A stretch of DNA of 57,839 nt, filler included, from Sphacelaria rigidula (lineage: Eukaryota), in assembly GCA_964200075.2 (NCBI GenBank). It is 6 parts of 6 records of this genome, joined end to end, with 100 filler letters (N's around TTAATTAATTAA, not from the genome) between each part and the next. Parts side by side here need not be neighbours in the genome. Positions count along the whole stretch, not along the records: positions 38,629 to 48,184 come from CAXNAA020008229.1; positions 48,285 to 57,839 come from CAXNAA020008230.1; 4 more parts are not named here. One strand, given 5' to 3'. Positions 47,363 to 57,839 of this stretch are shown piece by piece. Under the pieces are notes generated by a model. The model did no database searches, had not been told where the DNA came from, and saw only the letters and a list, made by a program, of their open reading frames with translations. A program made the translations under genes and the position numbers. Numbering within the stretch: the stretch's first letter is position 1; each line of letters starts with the position of its first letter.

Positions 47363-47487
47363 TTACGTCAACGTTGACGTAATTTGTTACATCCGTCAAC
47401 GTTGACGTGATTTGTTACATCCATCAACGTTGACGTACTCTGTTACATGCGACAACGTTGACGTATTCTGTTACATCCGTCAACGTT
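47363..47487. repeat. 28-bp minisatellite, about 4.4 copies, each built on the palindrome GTCAACGTTGAC
   Basis: Unit starts at 47366, 47394, 47422, 47450 and 47478. Confidence 0.9.
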
Positions 47488-48184
47488 CAGCATCCGTCCC
47501 ACAAGCCCCGCATGGACATAGCAACACATGGAAAACACTCACACAGTCTCTAGCTATCGTTCAAGCCATCGCACGGAGCAAACGGACCCGTAACGAATGA
47601 TATACATGCTTATGGCAGAGTGAGCAATCACCAGCAGCATCATTCTTATTTCGTGCGGTGAGCATTCTGATTCTGGGCACTGCTGGAACAACACCAGTGT
47701 ATGTCAAAGCTGCTGCTGCTGATGATTCGTCCCAAGTCGAAAGTTTTACCCCGCTTGCGTTCATCGAAACGGCCCTGCTGACACACAGTGTAGGCTACAC
47801 CCTGTAAAGTGTACAATACGCCTCTTCGGCTCAAAAGCACGGTGTGACGGTGCTATCAGGCCATAGTCCGACCCTCACCAACACTTTGTACTGGCAGCAG
47901 ACTTTGCTGCGCGGCTTGCTCGCCGGCTCCGTTTTGAGGTTTGTTACAACTCTCAAGTGTGCAAAGCTCTGCAGGCTGCTGAATACCCAGATAGGGTGGT
48001 GCTTCTCGAGACGATACAGAACCCAGACAAACCAGGAACGTAGACAAGGAGTTAGCTCGAGCATAGGGCATAGATTGACATGTGCTCAACAGATGTAGGT
48101 GTGCAAGTATTTCTCCGCATACGTTACACGCCAACCGGCACATATTATACCGACTGTACTCTCCACCCGTACAACATGGGTGAT

Positions 48185-48284
48185 NNNNNNNNNNNNNNNN
48201 NNNNNNNNNNNNNNNNNNNNNNNNNNNNTTAATTAATTAANNNNNNNNNNNNNNNNNNNNNNNNNNNNNNNNNNNNNNNNNNNN
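48185..48284. other. Artificial 100-nt contig linker
   Basis: N run containing TTAATTAATTAA. Confidence 0.97.
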
Positions 48285-49997
48285 GCGCCCTTGGGTGGGG
48301 CCGTGCCGGCCCCCCCCCCCCCCCCCCCCTCGCCCTTTCGGGCATGATCGAGGTGTTGTTCCTCGCGCTGGCGCAGCCCGAGGGGGGGTGGGGGCTTAGC
48401 GCAAGACATGGGATCCGTGCGCTGCCACCTTTTTCCCTGTGGTGTGGAGTAACAAGAGTGCTCACCCGACTTATTTCTCTCCATTCTTCGACGTACTGAA
48501 TATGACGCGTTACGGGTTCACCTCCACAGGTTACTTCTTCCGAATAAGAGCTTGTCCTCGATACTTTTACTACAAATAGTTCGCAAATCGGGTTGCCCAC
48601 TTGAACCTCATCTCGGAGTTAAACCTCAATTCGCACAATTTTCTGTTCACTGTATACGTTTCAGGGTACAATGCGGATGTTTGAACCCTATTTCGCCGCC
48701 GCTCTAGATACGTCGTTTGGGTAAATTTGAATTCATGCGTATTTACGAATTCGATTATGGTGATGAATAAACTTCCAACCTTGCTTATTGTCATGATAAG
48801 CTACAACCAAGGGAAGGAAAGATAATGATGGTTCATGCTGGTAACATCGTGCTACCCGCTTGGATTCATTTCACGGTTTACTGGATATCGTGTGGATAAT
48901 GCTTGCCTCATGCTGCATGTGGGTAAGGGCCCATGTGTGATGAAGCGTGAATGCTGTGAAACGTTGGGCTGTGTAGCCCGATATATGCCGAAATGATGCT
49001 GAGTTCATTGCTGTTCGCGCGGGGGTCGAGCGACCGCATCCATGGAGCACTTATTCTCGTTACAAGAAGCCAGTAATCAGCGCACATGTGTCCCTGTCAA
49101 GGTTCGCTCGGATTTTCTGTTTGCTGATCACATGGTTCAAATCTGGCCACCTAGACTGTTTACATATGTACTGTTGTCTGTCCGGTGCCGATGAACTGGG
49201 GGTATGAAGCCAGGCCATCTGCTGTGTCCATCGCGCATCACCTGAAATAGCGTTGTCACAATGTTTGCGCAGTGCACGAACCAGGTTGATACCCATTTTC
49301 CTGTTACCTGATGCGACGTGCTGTTGTTATTTTAATGCCACCAGTTATCCCTCACCATCACCCTGCACTAATCGTGTCTTACTGTTCTGTGAGATATTAC
49401 CTCATGTTGCTCAACACCGATGCACTTGACTGCTGAGCCAAATCTAAGTACGTCCTGTACAGTTTACAACAAATGCGGCGTATTTTGAGATTTTTTGCGT
49501 ACTGCGTGTCAGTTGTCCCGCACTTGCTGGTTTACGACATGATCATTTGTGTACTGCGAGTTGACACCTGATGATAAGCGACTGGACTGTGTTGTGCTGT
49601 GCTGTACTACTGCTCGATTTCGCACTGCACACACGTTTGCACCGATGCTGGCGTACTCCTGTCAGTTGTCCTGCATTTGCTTGCCCTCAACGTGGTTATT
49701 CGTGTGCTGCGGAACCAATCCAACATACGATGACCGAGAAACTACTATGTGGGGGTACCGATGTGCGCGACGCTAAATATATCGTTCAACACACTTGTCA
49801 TGCGGTTCGATACTGTGGTTGTTCCATACCAGCACAGCTTCACCACACGCCCGCCGTTTCTCGATGCAAGAATCAATTATTTGATAGTAGCATACACCAA
49901 ACATGCCATGTCACTAGCTGCATTGTCCACTCCCACCTCCGAGGGCGGCTCGAACGGGAAAGAGAAGCAGCGATACAAATTTTGAGTATCAACGGCG

Positions 49998-50454
49998 ATG
50001 AACACCATATTCGTGAGATTTAGAGCGTAATATCGGATTCGGAGTGGATGCTCTAGCGTTCCTTACAGGAAACCTTTTTTTTGCTTGAGCACACGTCCTG
50101 TGCATGCAGCTACCGTACAGTACCCCATTCGAGTATTTCGGCGGTCTGGTTGGTGAGATACAGTACAAAGCATTTTTACGCCTGGGGATCATTTCCGAAC
50201 TGAAACTGTTTCAGGCACTAATCGGTTTTTCCTGAAAGAGGGGATCTTTTGTTGCAATTGACTGACTACGTCGTTGCGATCAAGTGATGTGTCAAATTGA
50301 TCGTGTAGGTGACAGCATTGAAGCGACCGCTTCACCAACTGGGTGCATTACTCCTCGAACTGTGGCGATGTCAAAATCTATGGGAAAGTCAATTGTTTCG
50401 GGTCTAACTCTGAATCCCATGTTACACTCTGAATCTCATGAATATAGTGTTGAT
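49998..50454. repeat. Old inverted-repeat pair with 48-bp arms (49998-50045 and 50407-50454); probable decayed MITE
   Basis: 40 of 48 positions are complementary (hand count). Confidence 0.65.
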
Positions 50455-51210
50455 GATGTGTGCACGGTAGTCTCATTGGATACTGTCACTATTTAAGGGT
50501 CAAATCTTGTCGTGTAGATCTGATTGAGTAGAGTAACGGTGGATGCTAGGATTGCATGACTCTCTACACTGCTTTGCTAAATATTTCCATGCAACAGCTG
50601 CTGTGTGCTTTCTGCTGTGTGATGCAGCTAAAAGGAGAAACACAACACTATGTCGTCTTCACCCATCAAGCTTGTGCTTACTGTATTTTCCGCACGGGAG
50701 TCTGCATCACGTTCGCACGCCAGAAACGGTATTAATTGTATACGGCCTGCACTATCTCCTCCTTAAAACCCCACCTGTGTACTCAGTCTAACAGTTCATA
50801 GGTAACAGTTCACGAGTAATGTGTTTTTACTGTGGGGACAAACCGTAGCGGATCACCATCGAACATCGAATGTTAAACTGTGCTCGCGGAAGATGCCCCG
50901 ATCACCTCTGCCATGTGCTGGGAATTTGAGTATATATACTGTAAGGACAGATGTATTGTAGTAGTGATCGTGTTGCATGAGTGAAAATTTTGACTGCAGT
51001 ATTTAACCAGTAGACGTGAGTTAATGAATTGATCTCGCATGTGAAAGAGATGAAAACGGACTCCCGAGATGTTATCTGGTAAAATTAATGATGAATAGGG
51101 TATGCCTTTGGGAACGAAGGCCACCTACTAACCGCATCTTATACATGACCTTGTATGCAACTGATAGAGAGTGGCTTTATTACGCTGCCGTCTGCTAATG
51201 CACGAAAACT

Positions 51211-51320
51211 CACGGGTGGTCACTGGGGTGCCTGTAACCTCAAATTTGGGCCTTACAGACCTTGTGCAACGTCTATAACGTCCAAATTTGAGGTTGCAGG
51301 CACCCCAGTGGCTAACCGTG
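51211..51320. repeat. 110-bp hairpin (50-bp arms, 10-nt loop) with CACGG..CCGTG ends, flanked by CT on both sides; small MITE or miRNA-like precursor
   Basis: 43 of 50 positions form Watson-Crick pairs; 4 of the 7 mismatches are G-U on the + strand. Confidence 0.8.
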
Positions 51321-52357
51321 CTGTTTGTGTAACCGTAATGTCATACTGTCTGCAAACATGCTACCAGGCACGGTTTTTATCTAAGCCGATTTGCCGTGAA
51401 CGGAAATTGCGAGGCTTCAATGAGCGAAACATGAAGTATTTACCCTACCCCCTGGTCAGGGGGGGGGCAGGTCATTCATGCTCGGAATGCTTTTTTGTCA
51501 TGGAAAATGGATGTAACCTCAACGTGGTTCCCCCTGTTTCATCGTTTGCGCCCTTGGTGGATAGCTCCAAAGAGTATAAACGAACCATGCATGCGTGAAA
51601 CAAATGAAGAGTTGTGTGAAGTTGTTTCGATTTTAAGAGATCAAACCCAACCATGTACTTCTAGTTTACATTTCGACTGTGAATGCGTGGGTGGTTGTTT
51701 GCAGGTGGACTGCTGAACATACCATTTTTTTATTAATATTATCCGCAGCGGTGGATCACAGGACTGCATGAAGCCTGCAACAGTTGCTCGTCAACAATTA
51801 TTGCTGGTGCCCGCCTACCAATTTTTATGAAGCTACTCATGAGTGTGATAATCAACCCAGATCCACAACGATTAAGCGGCTATGAGTGAAGCTGCACGCT
51901 AATGGGTTTGCATGAGGCCACCAGACGGATGCCCCGTCCGTTTCCGTAGACCGTCCATACTTGTGCACACTCTGACAATCCATTCGAAGATGACCGTCTA
52001 CATGTGCGTGCTCCGACACTCAATTCGAAGATGACCGTTTACCTGTGCGTGCTATGACCGTCCGCGGGACAGGGCTACATTCTTCTGGCCTCGAGAGTCC
52101 ATGGGTTCTACACATTCCTTTGCCGAGATCTACACCGGATATAATCTGATGAAAGCTGATGGCTTGTAATGAACGACTCGTGTGTTTATCGTGGAGACTA
52201 TACAAGTTGCGATCATACAAGCCGGAATATGGAATGGATGTACGAGAAAGTTGTATTAACCAAATATATGTAGATATGCTTGCACCATACAGCAAACAAG
52301 CAGGATTTGATTGCATACAGGAAAATGGACAAAGATGAAGGCTCAAGATGTCAAGAC

Positions 52358-52722
52358 CATGCTTGTCCGAACAGGTCGACAGGGGATCAGGATTTCCCCT
52401 CCGTGTCCAAACAGGTTAACAGAGAACCAAGAGTTCACATGCTTGTCCGAACACGTTGACAGGGAATCAGGAATTCCCATCCGTGTTCGAACAGGTTGAC
52501 AGAGAGTCAGGATTTTCCCATGCGTGTTCGAACAGGTTGACAGGGAATCAAGACTTCCCACCCGTGTCCGAGCAGGTGGACAAAGGACCAAGAGTTCCCT
52601 TGCTTGTCCGAACAGGTTGACAGGGAATCAGGATTTCCCATCCGTGTCCGAACTGGTTGACAGAGAGCCAGAATTTTCCCATGCGTGTTCGAACAGCTTG
52701 ATATGGAGCCAGAATTCCCTTG
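52358..52722. repeat. 40-bp minisatellite, about 9 copies (TGTCCGAACAGGTTGACAGGGAATCAGGATTTCCCATCCG)
   Basis: Units recur about every 40 nt from 52361 to 52681, with recurring variant types. Confidence 0.9.
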
Positions 52723-53086
52723 GCAGTCCATGAAATTACACTTGGCTGTCCCCGACACGTGATAACCTGGCCAAATGCACGCGTGAACCTGTTTTGTCTG
52801 GTCATATTGCTGTTCCCGTCGTTCTTCTTCCACTATACTTTGTTCGCTATCGTTATACTGGTGAAGCGCTGCTATCCATGTTACTAATTCCATCGTTTCT
52901 CACGCCGTTGATGACTAAGAATGTTTCCACCAGACACCGCCCTCGTGACTCTTGAATCATCGAGATTGTAATACACTGCAATAAATCATACATAATTCTT
53001 TCAATCGGTGTTTTTACATTGATGTGGCACGTGCGTGCAGGTTTAACGTGTCGAGTATCGCACAGGTAACCCCAGATCGGTGAAAA

Positions 53087-56000
53087 ATGAGTGGAAACCC
53101 CTTAAACCCTCGAGCCCGGCCCTTCTACCCGGCGGGATCCGTCCAACAGCCTTCCGTGCAAGCACCTTCCCATGCAGCAGCAGGTTGACGCACCCTCCAA
53201 CGCAGCTGTAGGTTGCCGCACCTCCCCAATGGCATCAGTCTTTTGTGCGTCCGCAACTGCAGCAGTTTTTTTGTGCCACGACAATAACAGCAGTATTTTT
53301 CCGCCTTCGCAATAAAACGCCGCTGAGGTGCCGCAGATGAATTTGCTTAGTGCTCCTGACCAACGGTTTCCACAACCGGTCTTTCCTCCGTTTTTTTTCA
53401 GCGGATACTTCCAGTATCTGAGTCTCCGTTACATTGTTCATCCCAGGCTAGGCGCAACTAGCAGCGTACATATTCCATGCTCAGCTGCTGCCGCCGCTGC
53501 CGCCGCTTCTGTAGCATCGATCTAGGGGCTAGGTTCCACCTCACCCGGTGGGCACGCATGAAAATTCATTGTATGGATCATTTCACCCGTCCGGGGCTAT
53601 CCTTGCTTCGAACGCCATTTCAGCCGAAGCGATTAGGAGCGATGCACAGCAGCCGTGGGTACAAGCTGGAGTTTGTCACCACAGCATGAGTAGCCACCGC
53701 TCACCAGGAGGTGTTACTGGGCACCGGGGCAGGGGGGGGAGCTATGTATCGAAACAGTGGTGGAGGTCGTTGGTAACGTGAGATAATATGGCAAATAAGT
53801 TGCAACGACAGGGAGCAGGAATTTCGACGTCCGCTAACCCTAGTAAGAGTAAGATACCTCCCGATGAAGATTCTAGGGTTAGCCGTAATTCCTATTCGTT
53901 TCCACACAGAGGATGAGTTAACAAAGGTATGGATCCGGGTGGTCCATGGATTACCATATGGATGTATTTCGGGAGCGAGTTTCTTCAGGAGAAACAAGAG
54001 CAAGTTTTCTTTCGGAGGGCGATCGAGATTTCGGCCTTCGCCGGAGGCGCCGTGAGTACGGTTCGTGTCTAACAGTCCCCCAAAACTCGGAGCTGTTGAG
54101 ACCGACCACCTCACCAGCCAAGGAGATTCGGCAACTTTGGACCTCTTCGGTGCTGTCAAGCCAAGCGCGCTCGGTGACAATTCGACGGGGAGGTTGTCTG
54201 GTCGGAGCGAACTGGCAGCATCGAATGAAGTGGGGGAAAGCCTTGGAGTGGCGTGGGACGACGATGCTACGCTGCAGTGGCTGCTGCATCCAACGGAGGA
54301 CGTTAGGTCAGAAGGTTTCGCTAGCAAGCTAGCCCCAGGCTACGTGCGATCGACGCTAGTATGGGCAGCCGCCTGCGTCACGGTTCGGAAGAAGGACGGA
54401 CGGCAGTTTACGACTATGTCAAGATTATCGTGGACTGAACCAACTTCTGGAGTCATACAGCGGCAGCTTGAGGGATATTCAGACCATGTATAGTGGGCTC
54501 GCAGAATCCAAGTACTCTATGAGTGTTGATTTAGCGAATGAGTTTTTCCAGTTGGAGGTGAAGGAAGTATTTTGGCAGCCAAAGAGTTCGTTGAAGTGAT
54601 ACGCTGATGCGGACTGGAAGGCGTTGGATTGTGTTGGAGTAAACCAGATTGGAAAGGGGATCAGGCTGGTACGTACGAGTCTGGGGCGCGGTTCTTTCCA
54701 CAACCTTGTGGAAGAAGTGCAACTAAAAGTGTTGGTAGGGAATACAAGTCGGGTAACACCCATCGAATGAACCGAGCCGGAGTCCACATTATCCAGCGTC
54801 GCCGAAGAGTTGGTCGAGTCATTCCTCTCATCAACCTCTGTGACAACGCTAATCTTGGAGAGCACTGCTGTGATGGTGCGCTCTCCTGGTGGGAACGAGC
54901 TCGTTGTCCCGTGTTAAGCAGAGCTGGGTGTCTCACTGAGCAGGCCTCAGTCTCAGCCGTGCAGGTGGGCGCATCGTATCGGAAGAGACGGACCTATGCG
55001 ATCGCCTTGAAAACTGATCGTCGGAGGGAAGCACAACTGCGAGTTTGGAAGCAGCGAGTGGAAGCGAACACTGTTGCCTGCCCCACTTTGGGTTAGCGAT
55101 TACGGCGGACAGGTTCTTATTTTTCTGGTGCCGACAGGACAGGACAAGGCGATTCACACTTCCGAGAACCCGATGCCCAGATTATCTCGTTCTCAGCTCA
55201 CGAAAGGGAAACCAAGGCGCGAGGAATTCAGACCCCATGGGGCGGACGCAGGTGAAAAGGAAGAAGCGGTCGAGCTGGAAAGAGACGATTTTGTGAAAGT
55301 TGCGACTACTCTCAACTGTTACGAGACACCACGCCGGTAAATAACGACGCCATGCCATAAATTGTGGCTAATTTTGTTCACCCGTGGATGATGAAGGCGG
55401 TTTTATCAAGTGGAAACAGACGGTTTGTTAAGCCTGACTCATATCCAGGGTAAGGATGAGGATTTGAGCACGCTCGCTACGATGTGGCCTCGTGACAGAG
55501 GAGAGTTAACAGAGGCTTGGGGTGCCGCTGTAACTCATTCGTCGGTTCAAGAGGCAGAGCTGAAGTCAGACCAAGACCCTGGTGGGGGGGAGGCTTCAAC
55601 TGAAGAGCCACGGATACCACGTAAAGGTAGCCCTCAGACCGTTCTCGAGCAGGCGAGAGCGATTCTGATGAACAAGCCGCGACTAGCTTTGCTGCAAGAG
55701 CGGGACTCCCGGCTTGGACCCATCAGGGATAGGTTAATGTGAAGAATAAGGACGAAGGAACAGTTAAGAGGCAGGAAGCGTACGTTCCGAAATGATGATG
55801 ATCCATGGTATACCTCACCTAGGGCGCCAGGTAAGTTGGCTATTCCACGCAGTCTAGTGCTTGGCCTGCTCGCGTTGGTGCACACTACGCATGGGCACGC
55901 CGGAGTGATGAAAACGACTGTAGTGGTCAACGCACGCTATGAGTGACCTGGTTTTTTCACCGACACTCTCAAATACGGGCTGTCTTGTGGGTGTCGCCGA

Positions 56001-57250
56001 CGCAAACGTACTAATAGCCACACCATAACGATGCGACCCACCCGCTCCTTGCAGTTCTGGGAGATGATGTAGATGGATATATCGGACATGAAGCACATAT
56101 CTACTTCTGGTAATAGGTACTTGTTGGTTCTCATGGATCGAGCGACCAAGCTCTCTTTGCTCTCCCACTAGTAGCCAAGGTTACTGATCACGTAGGTAAG
56201 GGTGGCTGTTCTTGACGCTCGAAACGACCTATTTCCTTTGAAGTGACGCTAGGGGGGAGTTCGCTTCGGAAGTAGTGAATCATGTATGCCATGTGGATAA
56301 AGATGAAACTGGATCATGGTCCCTCAGATCACCCTCAAGATCAGGGCGCGGTGGAAAGATACGGAGAGTGGTTGCATGGCGTCTTAGCCGAGCTATGTAA
56401 GCAGTGGCTGGAATGGTGGGACGAGTATGTAGATCCTGCTGTATGGATTCATCATACTACTTCCGACCAGTCACTGCCGCATAACCCAACGCGGTTAATG
56501 CTACTTTTGAGCGCGAGCCTCGCACCCGAGTCGACTCTGTGTCACCTGAAGTAGAAAATCCCTCCCGTTGAATAAGACGGTAGAGCAACAGCGGCAAAGT
56601 TGAAGGACGTTCATGAGCTGTTAACCCAACGCCACCGGCGTATGGAAGAAGTGAGATTTGCTAGAAATGCCGAGATGATTCGTAAGTCGGTAGGATCGCG
56701 AGCTAAGGTATGAGATATGATACTAGTCAAAGAGTTTGACAGCTCCCTTCTTAACGAAGATGTACCGGCCAGATTAGTACATGACTTGTGGACTGGGCTG
56801 GGGACGGTGCAGCAGGTGGTGATACCAGGTCTCAATCTTGAGGTCAAAATGCAGGTTCGTAAAGTACAAGAGCGAACGGTGTTCGCGGTCAACGTGAAGA
56901 AATTTCATGTGCGCCCAGAATAGCTGCAGCACTCATTTCCAGACGAGGTCTCTTAGCTAGCTTGGGGGGGCAGATTTAGGGTTGTCTGAGGACGTCACGT
57001 CCACACCTCTACTATATACTCTAACGGATAGGAAAGCAGTGCTGGGCCCAGGGTCGTCGTGAGTGTGGAAACATTAACGGTTGTTTCATGACGGAGCTGA
57101 GCCACACCGGCTTTCAGAGGAAAGGCTTTAGACAGTTTCACTGGGTTACAGTTGGACGTGTTTCATGCCTTGTGGGAATTGTATCACCCGCAGACCTGGC
57201 CACGTCCATCTGATACACCATCTCGAGCTGAAAGGGGCTAAATTGCTCGG
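53087..57250 (+). mobile_element. Ty3/Gypsy relic (gag-like start, protease-like region, partial RT, RNase H, integrase), heavily mutated
   Basis: WAAACVTVRKKDG/RLCQDYRGLN (about 54360-54445); SVDLANEFFQL; KLAIPRSL..VHTTHGHAG..SCGCRRRK (integrase zinc finger); GNRYLLVLMDRATK; HPQDQGAVER..WDEYV. The RT-RH-INT order indicates Gypsy. Confidence 0.9.
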
Positions 57251-57294
57251 TAGCTTCCCCGACGTGCCAAGATCCGTAAACGGTTTACGGACAG

Positions 57295-57582
57295 CCCAGA
57301 GCGGTCAACAGGAAGAAGAACTTCTCCGGACGGGATGAGATCGTTTCTGTGCGGTGGTTTTCAATTCCCGAAGTGGTCTAACCTGGCGGAGCGGTCAACA
57401 GGATCAAGGACTTCTCCGGACGGGATGGGATCGTTTCTGTACGGTGTTTGAATTCTATACGTGGTCTAACCCGGCAGAACGGTCAACAAGATCAAGGACT
57501 TCTCCGGACGGGATGGGATCGCTTCTGTAAGGTGTTCAAATTCCCTACGTGGTCTAACCCGACAGAGCGGTCAACAAGATCG
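57295..57582. repeat. About 88-90-bp tandem repeat, about 3.2 copies, directly downstream of the Gypsy relic
   Basis: GA(G/A)CGGTCAACA.GA starts at 57299, 57389, 57477 and 57565. Confidence 0.9.
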
Positions 57583-57839
57583 ACGGCTATACGAAGCAAT
57601 GCCGACTACTCGGGGAACAAGAACACGGTGACGCGGCGATCCATCGTCGAACCACGTTCAGTCCCAGGGTTTTCAACCCTAGGTCTGAGGGGGGTGTTGT
57701 GGATCGCGGCGTAATGGTGGGAGGGTAGTACGAGGATGAGCCCAGCCATTCGACTGACGGACTCGACTAATGCCGAGATAGCCCCCCCACAAAAAGTGCA
57801 CCGGAGACCATTCGACAAACCGGCTGCGGTCCCACTATT

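Noticed and set aside
47363-47487. Palindromic repeat plus spacer pattern as a mini-CRISPR
   Set aside because: The 16-nt spacers are near-identical, so this is a plain tandem repeat.
47600-49310. Exon-like minus-strand segments (about 47878-48030, 48465-48690 and 49060-49300)
   Set aside because: They match no recognisable family, one has in-frame stops, and a linker separates them.
52358-52722. Repetitive ORFs (e.g. PCQPVRTRMG) as a repeat protein, or the array as CRISPR
   Set aside because: A 40-bp unit is not a multiple of 3 and there are no spacers; the ORFs are by-products of the repeat.

Overview
This is eukaryotic DNA, most likely from a brown alga or related stramenopile. The basis is small GT-AG exons, ~1 kb introns, an EGF-like exon of stramenopile style and abundant TEs. 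The window is not one locus. It is six pieces of 9557, 9557, 9557, 9557, 9556 and 9555 bp joined by identical 100-nt N/TTAATTAATTAA linkers, which looks like size-sorted contigs, so nothing can be inferred across the gaps. Two partial host genes reconstruct with exact splice phases, both on the minus strand: the 3' part of an EDR2-like (DUF1336) gene in piece 1, and the 3' part of an MTHFR in piece 4 that appears to lack the eukaryotic regulatory domain. Most of the rest is transposon material: two Copia relics, a Ty3/Gypsy relic, a decayed Sola2-like transposase, an Academ-like C-terminal fragment, several MITEs and foldbacks, and minisatellites. A young-looking 5.5-kb non-coding LTR element with non-canonical TA..TA ends is nested in one Copia. 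The most striking pattern is that three otherwise unrelated TIR families share the terminal signature GA(G/C)-N5-CTACG(A/G)TAG; the two complete copies have 4-bp TSDs, consistent with a common Sola-type transposase. I found no CRISPR, rRNA or tRNA. All family assignments come from motif recognition by eye, not from database searches.
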